DNA of 64,000 nt from Callorhinchus milii (taxonomy: Eukaryota): contig NW_024704750.1 in the NCBI RefSeq assembly GCF_018977255.1, forward strand, positions 12,648,001 to 12,712,000, in the 5' to 3' direction. A model generated the notes under the pieces. The model had not been told where the DNA came from. It searched no databases and saw nothing but the letters and a program-made list of their open reading frames with translations. A program made the translations under genes and the position numbers. Positions 50,526-63,800 of this stretch are shown in pieces. Within the stretch, counting starts at the first letter, position 1; each line of letters opens with the position of its first letter.

Positions 50526-50935
50526 GTGGCACTGAGCCATGCAAACCCCAACAATACAAGGTTTGGTTCCTGGTCAATACTGAGAGTTAATCTCAGCCAG
50601 GGGAGTGGTGGAGTTATGCAGTTGATCTCAGTTGTTCTGAAATGAGGAGAGGATAAAGTCACCAGGAATACCAATCCTGAATTGCTGTCCAGGGACACAT
50701 TCCTCTCCCCAGCTCCCCTCTTTCCTGGAAAGTGCATGTGAATAGATATTGAATGAGGAGAGGATCAGGCTCAGCTGTGGTGCCCTCTGTGGTCAAAAAG
50801 TCTGCCAGCACTAATTGTCCAAACACACACATGAATAATGGCCACTTGGGTCAGACCCTGGAGGGTTGCCAGCAAACATGTAAACAAACTACAACATGTT
50901 TATCTGGCTTTAGAAAAGGAGGACAAAAGGATGAG
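50526..50935 (+). mobile_element. AmnSINE2-like ancient SINE
   Basis: gcactgagccat...cctggtc...atctcagccagg...ctggaaagtgcatgtg...gaggagaggatcaggctcagctgtggtgccctc...cacacatgaataatggccacttggg matches the recalled AmnSINE2 motifs. Two further copies lie in the window. Confidence 0.7.
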
Positions 50936-51170
50936 GAAATCGAGAGGAGAAAAACAATATTCAGGTGTTTAAATGAATCTACTTTAGAAGTACATTTATA
51001 AAATCTACAATGTTTCTAATTTAGAAATACCCGTTATTTGATGTGTACTAACGGGCGAAAGAACAGGGTACAATGTAATGGAAAATTTCCAAACTCTTTT
51101 AGCCTTTTGTTCTGTGTACACTTGGTTATTAGGCAAATAGACTAAGCCTTACGGACTTCATTTTCATTCT

Positions 51171-51342
51171 NNNNNNNNNNNNNNNNNNNNNNNNNNNNNN
51201 NNNNNNNNNNNNNNNNNNNNNNNNNNNNNNNNNNNNNNNNNNNNNNNNNNNNNNNNNNNNNNNNNNNNNNNNNNNNNNNNNNNNNNNNNNNNNNNNNNNN
51301 NNNNNNNNNNNNNNNNNNNNNNNNNNNNNNNNNNNNNNNNNN
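51171..51342. other. Assembly gap (172 N)
   Basis: Run of N. Confidence 1.
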
Positions 51343-52724
51343 GAAATGCTGAAATTAATATGATTTGCATGATTTCTGTTTCTTTTTTGTTAGCGATTAG
51401 GTTTCAATTCAGTTCAAAGGGTCATTGACACTGACAAGGACTCACAGTCTTACAGGGTTTTATAGGTAGCAGATATTCTTCACTGTGGGTTCCCATATGA
51501 CAGCATGATCCTTCTCAAATGAATGTAAAAAAAAAGAAACAGCTTACATTTCTATAGCAAAAAAAACATAACAAATCGGGAAATGGCATCTGCTTTTTTG
51601 CAAGGAAAGCACAGATGGCTTAAAAGACAATGAATATGCAGCGATTTTATCAGTGACTATTTGTGCTAAGCAACTGGCCTCACATCAACCCAGTAAAATT
51701 GGATGTTTTTTTTTACAGGTAAGAATGCGCAAAATGTTAAAAAAAAAACTTCAACGTGCTTTCCTTTCATTTGTTGTTCTCGTTTTAGTCCCAGAATTGT
51801 TCCACAAAAATTGGATTATTTAAAATTATTTTAATGTGATGAAATTTCAGTTGTACTCTCTTCTAGTTCAACTGTGGAGCAGCAGTTTATTTTGATGTGA
51901 TAGGCAGCAAAGTAACATCTCCCCCAGCTTCACAATACTGTTTTATTATTGATTTAAAATGAATCCAACATCATTCACCATTCACAGGGCTTATATGCTT
52001 AGATCCTGCTTCAAAATTAAGTTGACCCTGAGTATACCTGCAATCTAAATGCAAACTATTATCTTAAACTCTCATAACCTTGAGTATCATTTTCAAAGTA
52101 AAATCGTCATATAATTGTATCACTACTTATACTTGTTATTATAGTAAAATTGGTTGCTATTTATGCTCAGGGTGTGCATAATTTGCTGCATACGCTGACT
52201 TTTATGTGTCCCTTTCCTTAAGTAAAACACTCTAGATTGCTTTGTATAAACTCAGTTCTGCCTTTATTGCATCCAGAGAGGTCATATTTGGAGGGGAAAC
52301 ACAGCTATGGAACAAAAAACATACAAACTAGGTTTTGCCAGCATGGAATCAAAATAGCATCAGAAAATAACAAAGACATGATTTGGAATATTTGTCAGTG
52401 TATAAGAGCTGGCAGTTTAGTATTTACACCGTGCTTTATTTTTATCATTTAAAATTAAACTGTGTTTTTATCCTTCACATTCAATTGTATAAGGAAAATA
52501 TTGATGGTTCATTTTTTTGTGTGTATTGTGACATGTTGCGACTAGGGATTCAATGACTATAGGAGAGTCGTACCATATTCAACCATAGTATGAGTGGTTT
52601 TGAGTATGTACTGAAACACTGATTGTTGTTGCGTGCCTGTGCAGGTTATTTTCACAGTTCCCACTGATCTTTCGGGTGAATGAAAGTAAAAATAATACTT
52701 GGGCTTTATCACGAGTTATTCTGC

Positions 52725-53355
52725 AAAAATTGAACATGCCGCTCAGTTGCCTCATTCCCAGTACTCAGCAATACTCTGAGGAATGATAAAGAAATCCTCC
52801 TTGGGAGGGAAGTAAGCGGGGTCTCCTTGGAGCTGAACTAGCTTCAAGGTGACATGCCTGGCAATGGAAAGCCCTCTGTGTCGGCCTCGTTTGTTCGGCT
52901 CCTGACTAAGGGGATCCGCAATATTCCACGGCACTGCTGATGACGGCACTGCCGACCTGGCTCATCGGCAGGACCTGGAAGGCCAGACCAGTCACTGGGG
53001 GCAGGGAGTCGTTCATCCTACTCAGCTTCTGTTAACCCTGCAAGCCAAAGCCCTAATGGTAGGATGATCCCAGCTGGACAAGCTGCGGGAAAATTTGCCG
53101 GACAGCAATATCAATGGCAAGCTAAACAGTTTTAGTTGGTTAGGCTCCAGCAGAGCCCCAACGCACACTCTGGGGTTCCCAAACCTTGGCTCTTGCCAAC
53201 CTGTACTTAATACTTTCCAGAATTAGGAAATCAGGAATGATTCCAGGGAGACACTGCATTCCAACAATCTATCTCTGGATTTCCATGTGTTGATGGGCTG
53301 CATGGAAATCTCAGCTTGGTTTGGATACTGTTAAGCATGGCGATGGGTTTCAGCA
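52725..53355 (+). repeat. Unclassified GC-richer interspersed repeat, copy B (longer)
   Basis: Collinear similarity to the reverse complement of 2095-2490. GC and CpG content are higher than in the flanks. Confidence 0.75.
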
Positions 53356-53719
53356 TGTGTCAGACACCCGGCTGACCAAACAAAATCATAGCGTAAAGGA
53401 ACATCACTAGTGAAATCTCATCGCTAGGGCAACCATTGTTGATCAAAAAAGAGCAAATCAAAAAGGGTCAATAAATTTTAACAATAAAATAGAAAACATG
53501 AAAAAAAATTAAGGCTTTTTAAACTTTTGCATGGATATATCGAATTAGGTAAAGTGGAAAAATAATGATTTCAGTTTATTTCCTTTGTGAGAAAAATGTC
53601 ATGACTAGTTCAGTGCATGCCCGTCTACCTATATTTCTAATAAAGAAGAAAATGCAACAAATACTGGAAAACCCAACTGTTTCTCAGAAACAAAATACAT
53701 CCTACAAAATATATCCCCA

Positions 53720-53921
53720 ATATCCCTTCAAAAAACAATTTAAATGTATATGTATATATTTGGTCACTCAATCGACAACTGTTTGTGGGACACTGCAATT
53801 GGCTGCTGCATTCCACCAAAAAATATACAATAATTCACTTTACAATATATTTTGTGAAGTGCTTTGAACGTCTCGAAAACGTGATAAGACACTATATCAA
53901 ATCCAAGGATAATTATTATTA
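53720..53921 (+). mobile_element. 5'-truncated tRNA-SINE
   Basis: ttggtcactcaatc...gtttgtgggacactgcaattggctgc...aacgtctcgaaaacgtgataagacactatatcaaatccaaggataattattatt. Confidence 0.85.
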
Positions 53922-56172
53922 TAGATAGTTGTGAGACTCGCTATTTATGGCGCAGCCTGGCTCCTCAAGCTACAGGGTTTAAAATCTTGAGTCTTCCTGT
54001 TACAATGTTAAAAGAAATATAATTGGAAATGTTGTCGTGTCTGATTTCTGATTTTTCTACATGCTCAGCTTTATAAAATGGGAGTAGTGCAACATCAAGA
54101 TCAGACCTGACTTGAATGTAACTAGTGGAAGGCTGTCTTTCTTGCTTTGGCCCATTTTCTGAGCCCAAATCATAAAATCCTCTTCATTTACATATCTAAA
54201 AAGACTCACCCAAATAACTGAACTTGAAACATTTGAATTTTTTTAGAAAAGTATTTTAATTGATTTCTTAATGGAAGTTGACATTATCTTTAATTCAGCA
54301 CATATCCAATGATACATTACATACTGTATGATCCATATGTACCTTTATCAGATTTATCATGGTCTGTAAGTGCTTCTGTAAGTTGAGATCAAATGCACCA
54401 ACAATCCATTTTATTACACAGCTGCTGTTATAAATGAGACAGCAGCTTGGAATCTTTAAAGCAGAGGAGGAGCAGAAGAATGTAGCAGCTATAAATGAGC
54501 AAGAAATGCTTGATGCCAAGTGCGCTCATCAAAATCACTCGCTTTTAATATCAGGCTGAAAACTAGAGATGAGAGAAATAGCATCATTAGACATGTCGTC
54601 GGGTTTAAATAATGATCATTAGTAATAATTATTAAGTTGGTTGCAGGAGGTTTAGAACAGAACTAAGTTTTCATTTGAAGCTATCTGTTTATAGTGTAGC
54701 ATAAAAAAAATAGTGTTTTGCTCCAAGGATAAGGACAATGAATTTCAGCAATGGACTGGTTAAAAGAGACATTTTTGGTGTTGAGATGTTAAGGCATGTG
54801 ATTACAGAATCACATGGCTTCAGTCAGTCTGATCCATAAAAAAAAAGCACAGCCAGAAAACTGTCTATCATGTGATGAAATTTGACAGTACGGATTATGG
54901 CTTTGATGGACCAGAACAGCTAATAGAAGAAGCTGACATTTTTGAAACCCCGCTAATTAAGGGTTTCTTCCTTAATATAAAAATTAAAATAAGTCGGCGT
55001 CTGACTTTTATGGTCTGAAAATCAGGTGCTTTTATTAATATATGCCAGTCAGCCTTAATAAGCTTGGAGGGCAAAATAAGTTATTATTGTGTGACCTTCT
55101 ACAAAATAAGCATGTTGCTAAGGGCTTTAACCTTGACCTATTCAGATTGATGAAATTCATTTTCAATGCCGAATTCCAGTTGGATAGCTGAGTATTTTTA
55201 AGCAATAACAGAGCATAATCCTTGGTTCTTTTCTAATGTCCAGAATTAAAATTGTGTAAACCTCTCGCTGCTGTTCAGAAATGAATATTGCAGTGCTCCT
55301 GCCGTTTGAAATACAAGGGAAATCACTACATGGTTTAAATTGATTGAAGAATGAAGAGTGCAGTCAGCCCGTGTGCTGTGGGTGCTGCCTAGCTGAATTT
55401 TGAAAGGTTGCTTTGGATTATATGTGTGAAAGAATACTCTGTAGTCCAAGATGCTTGTCAGTTATTTTTTTTATTCTGTTCTGATGGTGTTCTGTACTGT
55501 TCATGCATTAAAGTGTTCCCACTAAATTTACCAGCATTGTGATTCAAAGAGGGTAATGCTTGGTATTTTCAACATTATCTGTCAGGATTTCACAGTACAT
55601 TTAGATCTAATATTCATGGAATTGGTAATGCATAGATATGTTTTACATTTTAAAAGTTATGGAGTGTTTATTGACATTTTTCAAAAGCGGTACCTTTTTC
55701 ACAGGAAGCACAGTAGTATTGGGAAAGTGAAATTTGCTGAAATAAAATCTCCACAATCTGCCAACGAGGATAATGTAGTTTATCCATAAAAGCCTGAGTT
55801 GTTATCTATTTCCATCAATTATACCATAAAACAGCCAATGTGAGCAGGCGAACAGGAATGTATGAAGGATAATTCATGGTTGACTATTAACCTGATCCTT
55901 TTGTAAAAAAAAGTCGAAAAACTGCAGACAGAAACAAATTATCCAAGCCCTTTTTCACATATTAAAGAATCAGAATTTCAATGCTAACCTATCTGTGCTT
56001 CATTTAATATATGTATATAACAGATACGATCAGCTAAAATAAAATCACTTTAAATAGCAAATTAAGTAAGTAATATAATTTACTATAAGTTCGCTATCTG
56101 ATAATAGAACATAAATTAAAAGCAGAATAAGATTAAGAAGGGAATTACCATTTTAATTAATTACCTTACCAG

Positions 56173-56194
56173 AATACACAAATATTTGTGTATT
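56173..56194. repeat. Perfect 22-bp spacerless palindrome
   Basis: aatacacaaat/atttgtgtatt. Confidence 0.85.
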
Positions 56195-59147
56195 TCCCTA
56201 GCTTCAACAAGGAATTGCGGTTTTGAACAATATTTTAAAATAGTAGGCTAACATTACAATGTCGAGACACAGAGTAATTGCAATTGAATAGATGGTTTTC
56301 TTTAGAAACGGTAACACGTTTCTTTGCTTATTGCTTAGCGTCTTACACTTGTTCATGTCATTGATAATTGAAGTCAACCAAAAAGAGTGAAGGGATCTTG
56401 TGGTCATTCAAAACTAATGTCTAAGCTCAGATTGTTTGTTACAGGTTTACAGGATGGAATCAAGAACTTTATCTTCATTTTATGAAAGCGAAAATGATAG
56501 TTTTCTGTGCTTTCAGACAGCAGAATTGTGGTTTTGGCACCACTATTAAGCTCTGGTGGATTGCAGTGTCTAGGGCAAACTGTAGTCTGCAAAGCTGGGA
56601 AGACTTGAAAAAGAATTGGATAATCCATAAAGGATCAAGCTGCACGATGTCTTCTTGATTCTGTCGTTGTCATGTGCATATAAGTTAGGTTCTTGTGGCT
56701 AGGATAACGTAGCAGTTCTAAAATAAGTAACCGTGATTGTTTCTAATGAATAGCCCTGTAACAATGCAAGGAATTGAAGATAGTAAATCACCTCTCGAAC
56801 ACCCTTTGAATAAAAGACACACAGATGGGTGTGTAATGGAAATTTGGTTTTCATTGTGGTAACATTAAAGCTCCCAACATCTAACCTATTGGTATTTTTT
56901 GTTGAATCAGTGGGGTGATGCTTCAATTAAAGATTTACTGAGAACTGTAGTAACCTTCTGCACATCTGACAACTACAAAGAATTGCTACTCAGCACTCGT
57001 ACGGAATGAATATTTACCAACAGTATTCAAAACAGGCAACAGATACTACATTCCCCAGTTTCTCTGCAGCCGCCACATAATATCTTGGTTGTACTTAATT
57101 CCTATATGTAGAGATCCTTAATCTGTAATAGGGGCAGGTAGATCAGTCATGCAGTTAATATTGTTCAGAAACCTTAAATCAGTCAAGCTGTAGAGTTAGT
57201 TTTCTAGGACAATGTTATAGATATAAACCCCCCCAAATTAGAGGCCATATTTTCTGATATTCCAGGCAATCAAAATAAAATAAATATGATTTACCATCGT
57301 CTTAAAGGATACTTATTCAATACTTGAGTTACATTAGTAACAATTTCAGGCTGGAATAGGCCATTAGCCTCCCCCAGCCAACTCAATCAACTTCCAAAAT
57401 GGGTCAGTAGTTTTAAGTGTTTTAAGAACTCTAGTGCATGAACTCTCTTTGCTTGTTAGACATGACTCTGCATCAGTTAGCAAGATTAGACCAAAGAGTT
57501 CTGTGCATGAACAAACAAAAATGTGCACATGTGATTAACCAAGGCACTGTGGCACAGATTGGCGGATGTAGATTTATACTCCTGGCTGTTTGGGGAACAA
57601 TGCTGGGTATAAATTGGCTGCCCACAACGTGGGGAGGTGGGAAAGGAGGTAAAGTTAAAGTGTAATTCAACTTGCGTTGTAAGTTAAAGGGTTCAGAAAC
57701 AACACTGGAATTGTACATTTTATTACTCACTATTTCAGGTTTGATAACAAGTATGAGGTTTTGGGGGAAATATCAATACATCATTTTTGCAGGAAAAGCA
57801 CAACAACAGTTAGAGACTATTTAATAACAGTTACCAAAAGCAAACAAAAAAAACCATAACATATTATCCTCTTAATGGAACTGATCGGCTTTTGAATTCA
57901 TGCACAGTGTGGAGAGCTTTGTTGCATCCAAATTGCGTCTCAGCACAAAGATGTTTATTCACTTAAAAATAAAGTGCTCATTAGTCAATACAAAGTTACA
58001 TGTAAGGAGTCGCTTGTGTGATCTACGAAAGACCTTGCGCCATATTATAGGTGTCCAACATGCTTGAATTCAGGATACTTTTTAATAAAAGTGGTAGCTT
58101 TTTTTATTGTTTTAACTTCTGCTCTGATAGGATTTGGAGTCCAAAATGCAAATTATTTATTTTTCGACACTTAAACACCTGAATATTGCCTTATTGTAAT
58201 CAAGGTCTTTCTTTTGGAATCATCCATGATCTGAATGTTAGTCTCTTTTCAGGACAGTCTTCCTGACCTGCTTCGTCCTGAAAAGTTTGATTTTACAGAC
58301 ATAAAGCTGCTGTGTTTCACTGGGGCTGGGCACAAGCTCCTTTTGGACTTCAGCAATCAGTGTACATGCCCATGCATTGGCTGGAAAACAAGTTCAGAAT
58401 CTCCAACTGGGCCATGTTCCGATTCCTGGATGCATAAATGTGCAGTGTGATTTTTTCTTGTAAATATCAAACTGGGCATCAAATTTAATCACATTCTAAT
58501 ACAGCTAATTACTACTAAACTGGTCGTTCTCTAATAACAACATTTCTTTTTAATTTCCACACACCTTGTGTCTAATTTTATATGTAAAATCCTGGTTTAT
58601 GGTTAAAATGATATGCAAAAAGATTGAATTAAAGGAGCTATCTTGCCTTGGGCAAGTTGTTACTGCAGAACGGCAGAAGAAGAAAATTCATGAGAATGAG
58701 TAGGGAGCACTCCTAATTCTCAGCTGGGCCTCTCAATTTGGATCTGCTTGATCCTGCTTCACTGACTGTTTCTGTACCATGGAACACAACAAGGACAGAT
58801 ATGATAGGTTTACTGCTGGGTCTGTCACGCCAGCAGACCTTGAGGACAGTGGGACATGACATCTGACGGCGCTCAGCTTTAATAACATTTACCTGAAACA
58901 ATAAACAGCTGAAATTGGGTTCTAGAAATTAGGGCCTGTCAAAATGAGACTAAGCAAAACTTTTCATCTCAGTGCCACATCAAAACACAAAGAAGTGCAC
59001 GTCTTCCTTAAGGCTATAAAGATTTACTTTCTTCACACTGTAAAACTACATACCTTTTGTATTAGAGATCCGCCTTCTGCGTTCCATTGAAATCATTGTG
59101 TTTTTACGATGCAGAATGTACATCTGAAAAAAGAGACTATGGACAGC

Positions 59148-59520
59148 ATAGTGCTGAGCCCACAGACGAGGAAGGTATCATTTGTGATACTCAATCTTCG
59201 CTGTTAGCTGATCACAATGACTTGAGGGTGCGCACCGTGCTAAATTGGCCTTTTTAGTAAAGGCAAGACTTAGCTTGGGTTCCTACTCCTAATTGCTGTC
59301 TGGAAGTTAATTTATTGGATGTTAAATAAGGACAAAAACGACATTGGCTGTGTCCCACCCTCCTCTGCCATTCCCCTATCACCCCTAACTCCTGCAACTG
59401 CATAGCCAGACAGCAATATTACTGTCTAATCTAGACATTTGGGCCAGGTATTGGAGAGATGGCAGCACCAATGAAAGTGTATTTCAGCAAGTCAGTTCCT
59501 TTAACAGAGCAGAGGCAAAG
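59148..59520 (+). mobile_element. Highly diverged AmnSINE2-like SINE
   Basis: gtgctgagcccacagacgaggaagg...ttagctgatc...aattggcct...gggttcctactcctaattgctgtc...actgtcta...ttgggccaggtattggagag, collinear with 50526-50935. Confidence 0.55.
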
Positions 59521-60676
59521 GGATTTAAACATATAAAGGCATCAGCAGTAAAATCATTGCTTGGAGTAACTTTGCATAGTACCTAAGGGTACAGTAATTA
59601 GTGGGATTTCTCACGTTCAAAGCATCACAGTTACTCTGTGTTATGCTAACTGCATAGAACTCATGTTAATTCAACAGGGCAATGTTTTAAGTCAAGGTTA
59701 TTTCAGTGAACGTATAGGCCTTTGCTTTAATGTTTGTAAAATGATTGACAACAGTCTTGATGACCAGCGTAACATATTGTATGACCTATGCATTTTTCAC
59801 CCTTGTTTTATTGTTTCTATATAAAAATGTTTTATGACTGACATCATCTTTACAGTGTATCTACCATTATGATGTAGGAAAGCAGAATGTGGAGAAAAAT
59901 ATCACCAGACTTGTTCTGATGGAAAATGAACTATAGAACTGTTTCTTAAATTGTTTTCATATTAAGAAATCATGTCTACAAAGATATTGTCAACTTGATG
60001 TATGTCTCTGTCATCAAATTGGAGGTTTATAATATAAGTCATATTATGAGACCTATAAAACAGCAGCAAAATGCTTGCTTTTTAAAAATGAAGTTAAGCA
60101 CTAAATTAATGTATATACATTTGATCTGCAAATTGTCTCAGTATTACAATTTACAAGTTGTTGCTCAAGATAGAGACATAAACCTTTCAACCAGAACTTG
60201 TCGAGCTTATCTGCTTAAACTGATGAATACAGTGCTTCTACATAAGAAATCTCACCACTAATTTGTGCTGATGAATGATGCTTCTTGCCAAACTACTTTC
60301 ATTTAAACTCCTAAATCACTCTCTGTAGAATGTACTAAGTGTGAGTGTATGTGTATGTTGTGCATGTGCACTTTTGTTTCAATAGAAATTTTGAAGATTA
60401 TTTTCATGGAATTATGCTCGGCAAAAAGAACGTAAAATAATTGTTGTTAATCCGTGCTTCTTGAACTCTGAATATGGCGTATTATTAGCTTAATAAAAAA
60501 TGTTTTATAAATGCAAGGGTGGAATATGATTGCTGTTTAATAACATACAGCAGAGTTCTACTCGATAAAATTTCGGCAAATCTAAGGTAGCACAATTAAC
60601 GGTCATTATTTTCTAGGTATTGTCGATTTGATTGAAAAGTGAATCTGATGTTAGACTTTAACTTCTGCCCCCTCAG

Positions 60677-60851
60677 GTGGAACTGACAGGCAGCAGTGTG
60701 TTTGATTATGTCCACCCTGGAGACCATGTGGAGATGGCAGAGCAGCTGGGCATGAAACTTCCCCCAGGGCGAGGCATTCTCTCACAGGGTACCGCAGAGG
60801 ATGGAGCCAGCTCAGCATCTTCGTCCTCACAGTCGGAGACCCCTGAGCCAG
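60677..60851 (+). CDS. NPAS3: Internal coding exon of neuronal PAS domain protein 3 (C-terminal part of PAS-A plus Ser-rich loop)
   Basis: Translates to [58 protein letters not shown], which I recognise as NPAS3. Pyrimidine-rich acceptor ttctgccccctcAG ends at 60676 and donor CAG/GTGGGA starts at 60852. Length is 175 bp (58 codons + 1 nt, phase 0 to 1). Confidence 0.95.
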
Positions 60852-63800
60852 GTGGGAATTTGGAGCAGAAAAGGGCAGGGTTGGGGCAGGACCTTTATAA
60901 AATGATTGAGCTCTATTCACTGATGCGAAGACCAGAGGGAAAATAGGTCTAGTGATAGTTACAATTCCGTATAATTTTACTGCTGAAATGTTCAGAATGC
61001 ATCAGGCAAGTATGTTAATTTAACCCAAGAAAATGTCACAAATAGGTTGGTCCTAGTTAAAACAGTGCAATTAGAACAAACATTTTTAGGGAATTGTATT
61101 TATCATTCATAAATTTCTCTAGGATACACTTCATATATTATCTCCAATTTACAACACGTATTTATGTGTTTCTATGAATAGATTTATCTTAGATGGTGCT
61201 AGATATCTCTTTTTGCTTGGGTTTTTCGAGACTTTTTTGTTCAATATCTGAAGCGTATGAACAGTTTACAGCTGAATGTAACTTTGAATGTGAAGGGAAA
61301 ACAATGCAGTCATTTTATACAGGCTCACTCGCCCCCTCCATGTTTTAATTAGATGAATCTTGGGGGATTGAACAGAAGCAACATTCCTCATCGGGATGCT
61401 TTCCAGACTCCTCACAGACTTTGCATTCAGGATGTTCCCATTTTGATGGTGTTGTACTGATGATAATTTTAGTATTAGGGGAAAATCCATTTATAAATTA
61501 AACAAAATGATTTGATATCCATCAGTCCCCTAGTTCATCAAGCTGTTCAAACAGTAGGAAGATTGGCTGGTCTGCTCAGGTCTTCCGAGAGCTCTAGTAA
61601 TTAGATCTGCTAAGGATTTATTCTTCACTGATTGGGGCTTTAAATTAATTGAAGTCCCACATTTGTGGCATTGTCCTTTTTGTACTATATTTTAGGGGAG
61701 ATGTTTTATAATCTTACGGGCCAGAGTGGATGAGCAAGAGCAGGAGTGGTTTAAAATGCGAATTTTCTCTGGAGGAGACGAAGAATTTAATGAGAGGTCT
61801 GATTAAGAGTCTAAGTTCTGCTTGCTTACTTGGGAAATCATTATTGTACTAAAGAAAGAATGAAAATTTAATACAGCATTCATTTGCTTGTACTGCGGAT
61901 CTAACACAAAGCTAGTCAGTTAGGGATGCCCATCAATAACTTACAACGTACTGTACATTCGACAGAATTTATTAGATATTCTTCACCTATATGTTTTCAA
62001 GAATGATGGTGTATGTGTCTTACTCAGTATGAACATTTTATTTCTCTGCCACAAACTCTGAGTGAAATGCATTCAATTCAGTGATGCTTTTTTGAATGCA
62101 TTGTTCTCATTGATCCAAAGCAGTTAATTAAAGTCTCCATTTTGGGTACATCTGAACAATTAAGGATCCCCTCAAGAAAATTTCTATTAAAACAGCCCAG
62201 TATAATGTACCTACTGCAGAACAAAGATATCACCGTCAACCGTTCAAGATCTCAACTTGTTCTATGGAGGCAAAATCTTTCAATGAAAATTGTACAGCAA
62301 ATATCTATGCTATTGGCTTCTATATTTACAAAAGCATTGTCTTGGATATGTCTGATGTGGAAGAATGTAGCAAGGCACGAAAACTGCTCATATTTTAAAG
62401 TGTCCCCGTTACTTTTACTGTTGTAGCTCAGTAATAAGCTGTTTAGTAATAATATTATTTTCACCTTGATACAGCGAGTTTCTTCAATATTCATAGAGTA
62501 ATGATCAAATAGAAACAGCAAACCTTCATGTGTACTGTACTGTGGAATTGAAGATAGGCTGCTGTATTAAAGGACTTCACATATATCCGCATCAGTGTTC
62601 AATCCATCAGCCTATCTTCAATTCCAAGGTAGAGTACACAGGCATTCACTGTTGCTTGAACAACCACTACTTTAACAAATACATGTTCCAAATGAAGTCA
62701 ATCAAATTGCCCACATTTTCAAGGAGCTATTTCATTACTTAATTCTTTTCCATGTCATGTTAATATTTCATCACAGAAAATGAAAGTACAGTTGTGAAAT
62801 TTTGCAGCATCTCCTCACGTCAAACTAAATAGTCAACGGAAGGTGGGAGAGGAATTTTATAATATAGCCAGTGTTGTTGTGAACGTTTACTCATGGATAA
62901 TTGCATACAATTAAATATTTTTGCATGCATCAAATGAACCATCCATCGGAATCAGCACCCGTGAACATTTTTAGGTTAATGCATTTTTATAAAGTCTTTG
63001 AATGCAACACTGAAAAATCAAAGTGCACAGACTGTATCTTTGTGATTGCTAAAGGCAATGCTCCCACTATTTTACCAGCTAGTGGCATTCTTAAATCGAG
63101 TAGTTTTTTGTAGTTATGAATAACTAGTTCAGATCTATTTTGAAAAATTAAAGCAGTTTCATAGCACAGTACATTTTAGAACATTTGTGCATTCTTTCAG
63201 AAGGCAAAATCTAAATGTTTAACGTGAACAAGCAACAGTCTTGAATCATTCTAAAAGCCAAGAACCTCAGAAAAACACCAGCAATATAGGTTTCTTTGAT
63301 CAGTTTGTAGTGTATTCCATTCTTCTTTACAATATGCAAACCTGATAGAAGTTTGACACTTTTTTCACCTAATAAATTTGCCTAGATGAATTAGGATAGG
63401 TTTTATTTCATCTTTGTAGGAAAAATAACATTGTCAGTTCAGTCCAGTTAATTGCTAGCAAATCACTTTCATAGAATCGGAATTAAAATGTTTAGTCAAC
63501 TTGTTTACTAGGACTGGTAAAATTCTCTTCAAGCTCGAAGCTTTGATGCGCTCAGTGTTGCATTTTAAAATGACTGAAACCTAAATAATGTTTGACACCA
63601 GGAATAAACATAGACATTAGAATAATATTGTCTATGTGGCAATGACACACAAACATAGAAAGACTGATGATGCTTCCACTGGCTTGATCTTTTGTGCATA
63701 ATGCCTTTTAGTTTGCAGAATCTTCACACTTCTGTGTTCTTCATGTCATTAGTTACCAGTAGGTCAGTCCTCAATTAACACAAGAAAGTTGCAACCTCCG

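Larger units (their letters stand above)
1..60676 (+). other. NPAS3: Large NPAS3 intron upstream of the PAS-A exon (5' end lies outside the window)
   Basis: The expected preceding exon (SLDGFVF...YLGLSQ-type) was not seen and no other host ORF is present. NPAS3 is known for very large introns. Confidence 0.75.

Noticed and set aside
51164-51370. ORF spanning the N run
   Set aside because: Artefact of the assembly gap.
52937-52960. Second hammerhead candidate (CTGATGA plus stem cggc-act-gccg)
   Set aside because: The required GAAA does not follow the stem (it reads ACC) and no stem I or III is evident.
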